Shown: one piece after another, positions 26,873-36,738 of the stretch | Numbering within the stretch: position 1 is the first letter of the stretch | Layout: every line of letters begins with the position of its first letter | Origin: Syntrophorhabdaceae bacterium | GTDB lineage: Bacteria > Desulfobacterota > Syntrophorhabdia > Syntrophorhabdales > Syntrophorhabdaceae | Direction: 5' to 3' | DNA length: 64,000 nucleotides | NCBI GenBank assembly: GCA_963665295.1 | Contig: OY762209.1 | Location: 2,368,001 to 2,432,000 of the forward strand | Position numbers and translations under genes: made by a program | The notes under the pieces: generated by a model | What the model was told of the DNA's origin: nothing | The model's database searches: none | Seen by the model: the letters and a program-made list of their open reading frames with translations, nothing else

Positions 26873-28111
26873 ATGGATCCAGTCAGTCCCTATCCTGCCA
26901 TTGCCGCACTTTTTCTTGGATTGGCGTGTGCCTGGTGCATCGCAAGAAGGGCCGGAGGCCCTCCGGAACAGGGCCGTTTCGCGTCAATTGACGGGCTCAG
27001 AGGCTACCTTGCCTTCTTTGTATTCCTGCATCACTCCGCGATCTGGTATTTCTGCCTGAGGACAGGCCAGTGGAAGGTCCCGCCGTCGAACCTGTATACG
27101 CACTTCGGGCAGAGCAGTGTTGCCATGTTTTTCATGATTACAGGTTTTTTGTTCTCCTTGAAGCTGATCAACGGGCGGGAGAAACCGATAGACTGGGCCC
27201 GGCTCTTTATCTCGCGGGTATTTCGACTCGCACCCCTCTATTTCTTTGTCATGGTAATCCTGGCCGCTGTGGTTGCAGGGCTGTCGGGTTTTGTGCTTGT
27301 GGACCCTCCCGGAAAACTGATAAAGGAACTGGCGTACTGGGCAGGCTTCACCGCTCTCGGCGAACCCAACCTCAATGGCGTTCAGGACACATCGAGGATC
27401 CTGGCATATGTCATCTGGTCCCTGCCGTACGAATGGTTTTTCTACTTGTCCCTGCCTCTCATTGCGCTCGCCTTCAGGGTGCGCTCTTCCGCACCATATC
27501 TTGTGCTCAGCGCAGTGGGCATTGCCGGTGCGATTCATTGCGGAAAAACCCAACCGGACATTATTTCCTTCTTTGCCGGCGGAATTGTTGCGGCATTTCT
27601 TTCCCGATCCGCGTTTCTTCGCTCCATTGCCGTTTCCAGGGGCTCCGCACTGGTCGCGGTCGGTTGCGTGGTCACGGCCGTGCTCCACTACCCATCCGCG
27701 TACAATCTTGAAGTCCTGGTTTTGCTCTCAGTGGCCTTCGCCATCATCGCGTGCGGAAACTCCCTGTTCGGATTACTCACAAACGCCATGTCGCGGACCC
27801 TCGGCGAGATAAGTTACAGCATCTACCTCATTCACGGCATAGTGCTCTTCGTCGCCTTCAACCTCATTATGAGTCCCCTGCGTGCGGCCGCGCTCTCTGC
27901 GTTTGAGCACTGGTCCGTGGTGATAATCTGTTCCCCTCTGTTGGTATTGCTGGCTTTTACCACATTCAGACTGATCGAAAGACCTGCCATGGAGGCCACG
28001 CCCCGCGTGACCGCCTGGATCAAGCTGCGCTTGAGGCGCGGGAAAGAAAAGGGGGCGGAAAAGGGCCATGGTCAGGCAATAGCCGCATCTCCACAGACAA
28101 AAAGCCCTTAG
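26873..28111 (+). CDS. Acyltransferase-3 (OafA-like) membrane O-acyltransferase
   Basis: SIDGLRG, FFMITGF, RVFRLAPLY, WSLPYEWFFY, GEISYSIYLIH, IERP. Confidence 0.92.
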   Translation: MDPVSPYPAIAALFLGLACAWCIARRAGGPPEQGRFASIDGLRGYLAFFVFLHHSAIWYFCLRTGQWKVPPSNLYTHFGQSSVAMFFMITGFLFSLKLINGREKPIDWARLFISRVFRLAPLYFFVMVILAAVVAGLSGFVLVDPPGKLIKELAYWAGFTALGEPNLNGVQDTSRILAYVIWSLPYEWFFYLSLPLIALAFRVRSSAPYLVLSAVGIAGAIHCGKTQPDIISFFAGGIVAAFLSRSAFLRSIAVSRGSALVAVGCVVTAVLHYPSAYNLEVLVLLSVAFAIIACGNSLFGLLTNAMSRTLGEISYSIYLIHGIVLFVAFNLIMSPLRAAALSAFEHWSVVIICSPLLVLLAFTTFRLIERPAMEATPRVTAWIKLRLRRGKEKGAEKGHGQAIAASPQTKSP

Positions 28112-30882
28112 TACGGGTTGTCGCGGCCTGAATCCGCGATCATCTTCCGGAGTTGTGCATTGAACTCCTTTTCGTCCAGTAACCGGCCCGTGGTGATGTG
28201 GACCCGGTAATTCCATAGGTGGTTTGGTTCGGCAGGCACATTGATCTGTTCCACCACCGGGTTGCCCGGTCTTCGTAGCCCGGCACTCATGGCGAGGACA
28301 TCCTGGATGGGGAAAACAGCCCACATGGACGGCGAATCAAGGTGCTGCCTTATAATCTGCTGGGAGAGATGAGGCTCCAGAGTCAAGGGCGGTTCCCCCT
28401 CGCGACCGAGAACCACGTGGTAATACCGCGTAGTCCGGGCCCGGTCTTCTTCCCACCACCCACGCATGGTGGACATGTCATGGCTTGAGGTGGCCGCCAC
28501 GGTGAGGTATGAGTATTCCCAGGGATATCCGAACTCCCGGTCGGATTCCTTGGGCATCCTCTGTATACGGAGCCCGAGAATGCAGAGTTCCTCCATTACC
28601 CCGGGCACGCAGTCGGGGATCATACCCAGATCTTCGCCCGCGATGAGCATGTTGGATACCCGTTTGAGCACGGGCAGCCTTACCATGGCCTGCTCCCGCC
28701 AGAACCCCTCCTGGCGGTGATAGAAATAATCGTAGTAGAGACGCATCAGCTTCTCCTTCATCCAACCGTCCAGGCTCGCGAAGGAGGCCGTATCCATCAT
28801 ATTGATCCGGGGATGGAAACCGGAGTTCGCCGTATCTTCGAAAAGAATGATGTCCGAGATGAGGGAAAAAAGACCGTCCTCCACCCTTTCGAGATATGCC
28901 CTTCCGCTTTCCGCGCCCGCTCCTGATCCGGACAAGTGACGGGCTACCTGTCTTTGGGTCCCGAATTCCGGTTTCAGCGTGAAATGCCCGGGCTCATCCT
29001 CGGACAGGTATTGCGCGGTGACCCGCGACGCCTCCCTCCCGAATGCGATCTTTACGAGCCACCCGGGGATGTAGGGCTTCTTGAGGCGATCCAGGTCCCA
29101 GATACCCTCGCTCTCGAATTCCTCCTTCCGTAAGGTCAGGGCGGGATTGAAGTGGCCCATGAGGCCCGAATATGAATCGTCGGGGATCTCCCATATCCTG
29201 AAGAAGCCGAGGATATGGTCCAGGCGGATCATCTGGAAATAGTGCGCCATGTGACCCATGCGATTGCGCCACCACGAAAAGTTGTCCCTCGCCATTTCGC
29301 CCCAGTTGTAGGTGGGGAACCCCCAGTTCTGACCTGAATCGGAAAAGGGGTCGGGAGGCGCGCCCGCGGACTGGTCCATGTGGAAAAGGCCCGGGTTTAT
29401 CCAGCAGGAATCGCTCCGTTTCTGGATACCGATGGGGATATCGCCCTTGAGTACAACCCCGCGCTCCCTGGCGTAACGGGCGGCGTCGGAAAGCTGTACA
29501 TGGAGGTGATACTGGAGGAAGTAATAGAATGCCACTGTCTCATAATGTTCCGAACCCGGGGTGGTGAGGGTATCGATGTCTTCCTCCGTCACTTGAGCGT
29601 ACGGGCCCCATTCAAAGAAATCGCCTGTCCTGAAATAGTCCCTCAGGGCGGAGAACGCGGCATAGGACTTCAACCAGTGGCCGTGGTCCTGGAGAAAGGC
29701 GCGAAGCTCCGGAGACGCGAGGAAGGCGTCCTTCTTCGCTTCGAATATTTTCCGGAATAAGGCCCGCTTCACCGTCATGACCTGCTCGAATTCCAGAACG
29801 GGGGAGGCATTGAGGCGACTCCTGTGAGAGGCGATCTCGTCGGTCATCCCATCCGGCAACGGCCCCATGGCTTCAAGATTCAGATACAGGGGGTGAAGGG
29901 CAAAGACGGAGATGCAACTGTAGGGATAAGAGTCCATCCAATCCATGTACGCCGTGGTGTCGTTGATGGGCAGCATCTGGATAAGCTGAAACCCCGTTTC
30001 CCGGGCCCAGTCCGCAAGGCCTTTGAGGTCAAGGAACTCACCCACGCCGAGCCCTTCGTCGCTTCGGATGGAAAAAACGGGGACGGCTATACCCGCGCCC
30101 CGCCATTTCATCTTATGTCCGAATTTGTTATCTGTAACCATGATGAGAGGCGCTTCCTGCGGGTCCCGGACTTCATCTTCCCCTGCCTCGGACGCCCACG
30201 TGATCCCGGAGAATTCGAAGCTCCGCTCGGGTCCGTCCTCGTAGGCGACGATCTCACCGGAGCAATCCTTGATGACATATTTGTATTGAAACGGGATTTT
30301 CCGTACATTGAGGATGAGGTCAAGGGTCCAGTATGGGAAGCCTGACGGGTCCATGGGCGCGCCTTTCGCGCTGTCCCACCCGCCCAGGGGTTCGATGTTC
30401 CCCACTACGCAGACGGTGTCGCCGCTTCTTACGCGGGGGTTGACGAGTTTGAGCCGGACTGTCGCCAAAGGCCCGTCCCCCGGGGCGCTGCCCGATACGG
30501 GAACATGCGCTTCGACCGCGTCATGCCTGAAGATTGTCTCCACGAAGGGAGCGGTGCGAAAGAGGGAATCGGGATCGGACGGGTTGTCCCAGGTATCGGC
30601 AAATTCAAGCGAAACAGGCCGGAGCATCCCGGCATCGAAGGTACGGGTTCCGGTTTCTTCGCGGATAAGGGCCCCGGCTTCGTTCCTGATGAGGTACTTG
30701 TAATTGAAGGCCGTGAAGGGGTCCTCGTGGAGAGCTACTTCCGTCCTCCAGACATGGCCGGGGGAATAGGTCATCTTCCTGGCCCGGCTAAGGTCCCAGT
30801 TGCCTAATTCAGGGTTGGTTCCGAGGACATAGACCTCCTGACCCCATTCGGTATGACAGAAAACATTGAAACGGACTCTCAT
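28108..30882 (-). CDS. malQ: 4-alpha-glucanotransferase (GH77) with two N-terminal CBM20 domains (DPE2-type)
   Basis: Two CBM20 motifs (GTNPELGNWD; GNIEPLGGWD); GAGIAVPVFSIRS, GAPPDPF, GQNWGFPTYNW, RLDHILGFFRIW, GEDLG, SHD. Confidence 0.93.
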   Translation of the reverse strand: MRVRFNVFCHTEWGQEVYVLGTNPELGNWDLSRARKMTYSPGHVWRTEVALHEDPFTAFNYKYLIRNEAGALIREETGTRTFDAGMLRPVSLEFADTWDNPSDPDSLFRTAPFVETIFRHDAVEAHVPVSGSAPGDGPLATVRLKLVNPRVRSGDTVCVVGNIEPLGGWDSAKGAPMDPSGFPYWTLDLILNVRKIPFQYKYVIKDCSGEIVAYEDGPERSFEFSGITWASEAGEDEVRDPQEAPLIMVTDNKFGHKMKWRGAGIAVPVFSIRSDEGLGVGEFLDLKGLADWARETGFQLIQMLPINDTTAYMDWMDSYPYSCISVFALHPLYLNLEAMGPLPDGMTDEIASHRSRLNASPVLEFEQVMTVKRALFRKIFEAKKDAFLASPELRAFLQDHGHWLKSYAAFSALRDYFRTGDFFEWGPYAQVTEEDIDTLTTPGSEHYETVAFYYFLQYHLHVQLSDAARYARERGVVLKGDIPIGIQKRSDSCWINPGLFHMDQSAGAPPDPFSDSGQNWGFPTYNWGEMARDNFSWWRNRMGHMAHYFQMIRLDHILGFFRIWEIPDDSYSGLMGHFNPALTLRKEEFESEGIWDLDRLKKPYIPGWLVKIAFGREASRVTAQYLSEDEPGHFTLKPEFGTQRQVARHLSGSGAGAESGRAYLERVEDGLFSLISDIILFEDTANSGFHPRINMMDTASFASLDGWMKEKLMRLYYDYFYHRQEGFWREQAMVRLPVLKRVSNMLIAGEDLGMIPDCVPGVMEELCILGLRIQRMPKESDREFGYPWEYSYLTVAATSSHDMSTMRGWWEEDRARTTRYYHVVLGREGEPPLTLEPHLSQQIIRQHLDSPSMWAVFPIQDVLAMSAGLRRPGNPVVEQINVPAEPNHLWNYRVHITTGRLLDEKEFNAQLRKMIADSGRDNPY

Positions 30883-31304
30883 ATCACCTGCCTGAACGTG
30901 GATTTGCATGGCCCTACCGTATACACGGCATTGCCTTTTATACTAAACCCGGAGTGTCAAGTCAACACATTAGGACGCGCGTCCTTGTCCCGTCCTGCTC
31001 AATGGAATATATGCATGAACCGGGAGCGGGCCCGCTCTGGGATTGAGGGCAACGGGTTGAAAGGGAGATATGGAGAGGAGGTTCGTCCGGCAACGAATAT
31101 ATACCGGTTTCTCTTTTTTCAAATTCCAGGGAGCCCTTTACGGACAGATAACGAGGCCCATCCCGTTGACTCGCAGCCTCTGTCGCCGGGCGTTTGGCCT
31201 CGTTTATGCATCTTAAGAAAGCAGCGAAGTTGCCGATCATATTAGCAGGGATGGCGGACGTGATTTACATTGGAGGATGTCTTTGATGGACCAAAGGAGG
31301 CCCC

Positions 31305-31403
31305 ATGAAAGCGACGAGAGAGGCACTATTGGAACTGGCGGGTATGTGGATTTTCGGCGCATGCATTTTGCTCTGCGGATTCATACGCATGTGTTTGGAA
31401 TAG
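31305..31403 (+). CDS. Putative 32-aa small membrane protein (not in ORF track)
   Basis: SD AAAGGAGG 4 nt before ATG; MKATREALLELAGMWIFGACILLCGFIRMCLE has one hydrophobic helix. Confidence 0.5.
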   Translation: MKATREALLELAGMWIFGACILLCGFIRMCLE

Positions 31404-31480
31404 CGTCATTTCAATGACAGCGGTTGTCTGATTGGAGGACGCCCTCTCCGGGAAGCCCTTGGGAGGGAGGGTGCGGGTTG

Positions 31481-31852
31481 TTAATGCTCCCGCGGTTCTC
31501 CATAGGGATCTGCATCGGCGGCACTCTTGATTACTTCATCCTTGTATTTTAGCGCCCAGTTGATCATCTCCTTCATGAGGGGCTCAAGATCGTGCCCTTT
31601 TTCAGTGAGGGAATAGGTGTATCGGACCGGTTTCTTTTGATACGCTTCTCTTTTGACGATCCCTTCCGCTTCAAGCCTTTTTAGCCTCTCCGCCAGAATG
31701 TTGGTGGTGATGTTTTCAGGACTTGCGAGGAAATCGTTGTATTTTTTTGCTCCCAGCATAAGGTCGCGGACAATAATCATGGTCCAACGGTCGCCCAAAA
31801 TGTCGAGGAAACATGCCACCGGACAGGCAGAACGGGTTTTCTTACTTTTCAT
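31481..31852 (-). CDS. HxlR/DUF24 family transcriptional regulator
   Basis: CPVACFLDILGDRW, LAERLKRLE, YSLTEKG. Confidence 0.93.
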   Translation of the reverse strand: MKSKKTRSACPVACFLDILGDRWTMIIVRDLMLGAKKYNDFLASPENITTNILAERLKRLEAEGIVKREAYQKKPVRYTYSLTEKGHDLEPLMKEMINWALKYKDEVIKSAADADPYGEPREH

Positions 31853-31870
31853 GGCTAAAATATACCATAG

Positions 31871-31931
31871 TTACTTGCAAAATAAAAGTAAGTGAGGTAT
31901 GATCTTGTTGCTTGCATAATGCAAGTAACAA
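31871..31931. promoter_or_regulatory. Two palindromic operators TT(A/G)CTT-N9-AAGTAA between the divergent HxlR and cupin genes
   Basis: TTACTT-N9-AAGTAA at 31871-31891 and TTGCTT-N9-AAGTAA at 31908-31928, the second inside a longer near-perfect palindrome (31905-31931). Confidence 0.75.
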
Positions 31932-31946
31932 GACAAGGAGGAAGCC

Positions 31947-32339
31947 ATGGATACAAAAGGAAAGAACTACCAGTGCTTTGAATTGGGTCCGTTGAAGGAT
32001 TTGCGACGGACGATGCTGAAGGAGAACCTGGGTTTGACCGGCACGGAAGTATCTGTCAATCGTTTGCCGGCAGGCGAAAGCCTTCCCTTCGTACATGCCC
32101 ACAAAAGGAATGAGGAAGTATATCTTTTCATCAAGGGCAACGGTGTGTTCTGGATTGACGGTGAAACCTTTGACCTTCGCGAAGGGACGACCGTTAAGGT
32201 CGCCCCGGCAGGTGGCCGCAGCCTGAAGGCGGGTGAAAATGAAGATCTCTATTATATCTGCATTCAGGCACAGGAACGCTCATTGGTTCAGGCCACACGG
32301 GAGGACGGGATAATGGTCGATGCGAAGACCGGCTGGTAG
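31947..32339 (+). CDS. Cupin domain protein
   Basis: PFVHAHKRNEEVYLFIKG cupin motif; SD AAGGAGG. Confidence 0.9.
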   Translation: MDTKGKNYQCFELGPLKDLRRTMLKENLGLTGTEVSVNRLPAGESLPFVHAHKRNEEVYLFIKGNGVFWIDGETFDLREGTTVKVAPAGGRSLKAGENEDLYYICIQAQERSLVQATREDGIMVDAKTGW

Positions 32340-32342
32340 GGA

Positions 32343-32597
32343 TTGGAAAAGGAAGACATGGGTCAAACCCGTACCGGTTGTTGTGCTACTTTTTGTACCA
32401 CCGAAATGTACCCCGGGGGTCTCCAGGATTCCGACGGGAAATACTTCGTAAAAGAACAGATCGCGACGGCAAAGAAAGGGGGCGGTTGGGTGGATTACAA
32501 GTTCACCAATCCCGCGACCGGGAAGATCCAGCAGAAGACGAGCTATGTGCAGAAACTGGACGATAACTATTACGCAGGTTGCGGTGCCTTCAAGTAA
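32343..32597 (+). pseudogene. 3' fragment of a single-Cache-domain protein
   Basis: LQDSDGKYFV...GGGWVDYKFTNPATGKIQQKTSYV...GCG is the sCache C-terminal half; the N-terminal half and signal peptide are absent. Confidence 0.7.
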
Positions 32598-33043
32598 GGT
32601 GGCAGGCAACCGGCTTTTTCCGGCAGGTCCGGGGTGTCGGCTCCGGGCCTGCCACTCTTACAAAGGGCCCCGGCCTATCCGAGCCGGGATCCCTGAAGAG
32701 TAAGTACTCTCTCTGAGCCGTAAAACCGGTCCACCATGGTGATATGCTTCCTTAAACAAGGATATCCCGATCCGGCCTGAATGACCTCAAACAAACCGGA
32801 AGCAGCACATGATATAGTATGGGGTTGAATCCATACGGTCCGGGGAGTTGAAATCCCGCGGGCAGTCCCTTGGGTTCGCCTCGACCCATGGGTCAGCTTC
32901 GTGTTGCTAAATCGGCCTTCTTCTGCTAATCTTTGACGGTCTCCACAATATTGCCCGGTTTGCCCTGCCGTACAGGAAAAGGGACAATCTCAGGCGCAGG
33001 ACAAGGGCAGGTTGAGAGACAAATTCGTAGAGAGAGGATTTTT

Positions 33044-33787
33044 ATGAAGACAATCATGTTGGCTTTGTGTGTTCTATCCCTGGTCTTTTGTTCCTGCGGG
33101 AAAAAGGAGGAGTCCAAAACCATCAGTGTCGCGGTCTGCCCTACGTCGCCCCCGAACATGTTTGAGGAAGACGGACAATTCAAGGGGCTTGATCTGGAAA
33201 TATTCAAGGGGTTCTGCGAGTCCCGGGGCTATAAGTACAAGATCACTGCCTATGACTGGCAGGGCATGCTTGGGGCCATCATATCGGGACAGGCCGATAC
33301 GGCATTTTCCGCCATATCGATCACGGACCAGCGCAAAGAAAAGATGGACTTCTCTCAGCCTTACATGGATAACACGTGGAACCTCGTGAGTCTTAAAAGC
33401 CGGAACATCGTCGTGAAGGACGTGGGCGAATTGAAGAAGTACTCCATCGGGTATCCGAGGGGTATGGCGTACAGCACATTCATCAAGGAAAATCTCGAAC
33501 CCAAAGGGGTGTACCGGTTGAGTGACGTGAAGATGTATCCTACCTACAACGAGGTGATAGCCGATCTGCAGAACGGCAACCTCGATCTCGCCTTCCTTGA
33601 CGGGTCCGTTGCTTCGGTGTACAAGAAGAAGATCCCTGTTCAGGATAGTTACGTCTTCTCGGGATTTGATGTATTCGGCTTTGCCTTTCCCAAGGGCTCG
33701 GCATTGCGATCCGACTTCGACCAATATTTGAAGAAGGACCTGGGACCGGAGAAGCTCAAGGCACTGATAAAGAAGTATATGGAATAG
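33044..33787 (+). CDS. Polar amino-acid ABC transporter substrate-binding lipoprotein
   Basis: Lipobox FCSC; GLDLEI, ISITDQRKEKMDFSQPY. Confidence 0.92.
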   Translation: MKTIMLALCVLSLVFCSCGKKEESKTISVAVCPTSPPNMFEEDGQFKGLDLEIFKGFCESRGYKYKITAYDWQGMLGAIISGQADTAFSAISITDQRKEKMDFSQPYMDNTWNLVSLKSRNIVVKDVGELKKYSIGYPRGMAYSTFIKENLEPKGVYRLSDVKMYPTYNEVIADLQNGNLDLAFLDGSVASVYKKKIPVQDSYVFSGFDVFGFAFPKGSALRSDFDQYLKKDLGPEKLKALIKKYME

Positions 33788-33803
33788 GTCCCCCTTCGAA
33801 CGG

Positions 33804-34457
33804 ATGACATTCGCACGCATATTCCAGGCCCTGGCCATGGGCATAGGTTACACGGTCCTCGTAACCCTCGTCTGCTTCTCCACGGGACTGATAATCGGCC
33901 TTGCTACCGCGCTCATGAGCAGGTTGCGCCGAAGGCCGCTCGATCTCGCGATCCTGACGTTTACCTATGTTTTTCGCGGAGTGCCGGTGCTCGTGCTCCT
34001 TTTCATCGTGTTCTTCGGTCTGCCCATGGTGGGCATCAGGGTATCGTCCATCGTGTCGATGATTCTCAGCCTGGGTTTCATTTCCGGGGCGTACCTGTCG
34101 GAAATTTTCAGAGGCGCAATGAATGCCATAGGCGAGGACGAGATTACCGCGGCCCGGGCCATGGGGATGACCACGGTGCAGATCTTCTTCTATATCGAAT
34201 TCCCCCAGATGTTCAGGTTTTCCATCCCCGGCATGGTTAACGAGTTTACTTCCGTGTTGAAGTATTCACCCTTCGCCTATACGGTGGGGATTCCCGAGAT
34301 CATGAAGGAGGCTATGAGCCTCACTGCGGTGACTTTACGGGGTCTGGAGATTTACGTGGCGGTAGGGATCATGTATTTTGCCATCTACAGGGCCTTCCGC
34401 ACGCTTTTTACAATCGTTGCAAGAAAATATGAGGTTCCCGGGCTCTCCGCGGACTAG
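33804..34457 (+). CDS. Amino-acid ABC transporter permease
   Basis: FRGVPVLV, SGAYLSEIFRG, AARAMG. Confidence 0.92.
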   Translation: MTFARIFQALAMGIGYTVLVTLVCFSTGLIIGLATALMSRLRRRPLDLAILTFTYVFRGVPVLVLLFIVFFGLPMVGIRVSSIVSMILSLGFISGAYLSEIFRGAMNAIGEDEITAARAMGMTTVQIFFYIEFPQMFRFSIPGMVNEFTSVLKYSPFAYTVGIPEIMKEAMSLTAVTLRGLEIYVAVGIMYFAIYRAFRTLFTIVARKYEVPGLSAD

Positions 34458-34475
34458 ATTGGGATAGATGGTGAA

Positions 34476-35213
34476 ATGGCGCTTATCGAAGTAAAGAATC
34501 TCGTGAAAAAGTTCGGCGCCAATGCGGTGCTGAACGGAGTGAATTTTGAGTTGAACGAGGGTCAGGTGAAGGTGATCATGGGGCCTTCCGGATGCGGAAA
34601 ATCAACCTTGCTCCGGTGTATGAACCTCCTTGAAACACCCACCTCGGGAGAAATTATCTTCAGGGGTGAGGATATTACCAGGCCGGGTGTGGATATTCGC
34701 AGGCTCCGCCAGAGCATCGGGTTTGTGTTTCAACACTTTGCCCTTTACAGGCACCTCACGGTCTTGGAGAACGCGACGCTCGGGCTCCGCAAGATCAAGA
34801 AGATGAGCGTTAAAGAGGCCACTGCAAAGGCATTTCATGAACTCGAACGGGTCGGCATGATGGAACATCGGGATAAATACCCGGCACAGCTTTCCGGTGG
34901 GCAGAAGCAGAGGGCAGCCATCGTGAGGGCCCTGGCAATGGACCCTGTGGTGATGTTCTTCGACGAACCGACATCAGCCCTCGACCCTCAGATGTCGAAG
35001 GAAGTTGTGACGGTGATCAATAAGCTCTTTCTGGATAACGTGACCATGCTCTGCGTCACCCATGACGCCTTTTTGGCAAGATATATCTCGGATCGCGTCC
35101 TCTTTATGGACAAAGGGGTCATTGTTGAGGAAGATATCGCGGAAAGGCTGTTCTATGACCACTCGAATGCCGCCGTCCGGGAGTTCTACCAAACCGTCAT
35201 CGACCTGAAGTGA
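34476..35213 (+). CDS. Amino-acid ABC transporter ATPase (GlnQ-like)
   Basis: GPSGCGKST, LSGGQKQR, FDEPTSALDP, VTH. Confidence 0.95.
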   Translation: MALIEVKNLVKKFGANAVLNGVNFELNEGQVKVIMGPSGCGKSTLLRCMNLLETPTSGEIIFRGEDITRPGVDIRRLRQSIGFVFQHFALYRHLTVLENATLGLRKIKKMSVKEATAKAFHELERVGMMEHRDKYPAQLSGGQKQRAAIVRALAMDPVVMFFDEPTSALDPQMSKEVVTVINKLFLDNVTMLCVTHDAFLARYISDRVLFMDKGVIVEEDIAERLFYDHSNAAVREFYQTVIDLK

Positions 35214-35217
35214 CAAT

Positions 35218-35883
35218 ATGAACTCCTTTATCCATGATCTCATCGGTTTCCTGCCGCACATGCTTACGGGTCTGAAACATACGGTCCTTCTCATGGCCAT
35301 CATCTCCGTTACGGGCTTTTTTGGCGGTCTCGTCGTGTTTTTCCTGAAAGTGAACGGCAATCGCCTGTGCCGTGCAGTGATGGACCGTTACATCTCGTTT
35401 TTTATAGGCACTCCCTTACTGGTCCACCTGTTTCTTATGTATTATGGACTCCCTGAGATGGGTATTCGCATGTCCCCGCTGGTCATATCGGTTATCGGCT
35501 TCACTTTGAATGTCTCCGCTTACAACGCCCACTATCTCATGTCCGCGTACCAGGGCCTCGACCGCATGGAATTCGAGGCGGCGAGAGCGCAGGGGTTCAC
35601 GTCATCGGAGATATTCCGCTCCATCGTCCTTCCTCAGACGATCCGGTTTTCCATACCCTCGTTGACCAACCAGGTCATACAAAACCTGAAGGACACATCG
35701 GTAGCCTTTCTTATTCAGTACCAGGATTTTTTTGTGACAGTCCAGGAATTTGCAGCCACCAATTTTGAATTCTTCAAGGCCTATGTGATGGCCGGTCTCG
35801 TCTATCTTGTGATGGTTTCGTGTGTCGTCTTCATCGCCCGGATCGTGGAACGACGGATATTTCTTCCGGGGTTCGGCCGGTGA
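35218..35883 (+). CDS. Amino-acid ABC transporter permease
   Basis: GTPLLV, EAARAQG, LPQ, LKDTS. Confidence 0.92.
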   Translation: MNSFIHDLIGFLPHMLTGLKHTVLLMAIISVTGFFGGLVVFFLKVNGNRLCRAVMDRYISFFIGTPLLVHLFLMYYGLPEMGIRMSPLVISVIGFTLNVSAYNAHYLMSAYQGLDRMEFEAARAQGFTSSEIFRSIVLPQTIRFSIPSLTNQVIQNLKDTSVAFLIQYQDFFVTVQEFAATNFEFFKAYVMAGLVYLVMVSCVVFIARIVERRIFLPGFGR

Positions 35884-35920
35884 GGCCGTAGTTAAGGTCC
35901 GTATGTGCTCCCCGCAGCCT

Positions 35921-36412
35921 TCACTCATCTTTGTGTTCAATCACATACTTGAGCAGGATATCGTCCGTCATTTTGAGTCTGCGGGCAATATCCCGGGCTA
36001 TGTTCATCATCAGGAGGGCGAACAATTCAATATCCTCTTCGTGCAGCGCGAGAAGGGCCTGCCTTGAGAGAACCATGATCTCGCTGTCCTCGGCTGCCAC
36101 CGCGGTCACCATGTGGGTCTGCATGGCCATCAATGCAGCGATGCCGAAAGACCCGCCGGTTCTTACCGTCTCCTTGCGAAAGGTGACGTCCCCCTCTGAG
36201 GCCAGAAGATCGATTGCCCCGCTCTTTACAATGTAAACGTGTGTAGGCTGGTCCCCCTTGCGGAAGACATATTCACCCTTCCTGAAGGTGCCGACCTCCA
36301 ACTGCCTGTAAATCTTCTCCTGTTGTTCGTTCGTCAGGCCTCCCCAGACCGAAATCCGGGACAGGACCGCGATTACGGAGTCAACATCTTTCAGAGGAGC
36401 GTATGCGGTCAT
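35921..36412 (-). CDS. Cyclic-nucleotide-binding domain protein
   Basis: GEYVFRKGD, YIVKSG, SFGIAAL; no HTH. Confidence 0.85.
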   Translation of the reverse strand: MTAYAPLKDVDSVIAVLSRISVWGGLTNEQQEKIYRQLEVGTFRKGEYVFRKGDQPTHVYIVKSGAIDLLASEGDVTFRKETVRTGGSFGIAALMAMQTHMVTAVAAEDSEIMVLSRQALLALHEEDIELFALLMMNIARDIARRLKMTDDILLKYVIEHKDE

Positions 36413-36738
36413 AATCCTTCTCCATCACGATCCTTCGATTGGGTCTCATGGCCGGTCCATGGTGAATCCGGCTTCAAGGCGCACCACATAAAGATGTCGG
36501 CGCCGCCCGGATAAGGAGCCGATCGTGTCCTATCATCATTTTAGCACGTAGGAACGATAAGTGAACAGTCATGTGGCATTGTCCCGTTTTTTTTCGGGGA
36601 AATTGCCGGTTTGAGAAGCAATGAAAGTTGAGATGCGGCAGTCGGTCATGTCCACCCGGGGCCGTGACGAGGAACCATTGACAACCCATGTCCTGACCCT
36701 GTAAATTGCTGAGAACACATTGAGTCTGCGAAGAGGTT

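Noticed and set aside
32960..33012. Glycine riboswitch upstream of the amino-acid ABC operon (AATCTCAGGCGCAGGAC)
   Set aside because: Only the 3' motif resembles it; the GGAGA and CCGAAG elements are missing.
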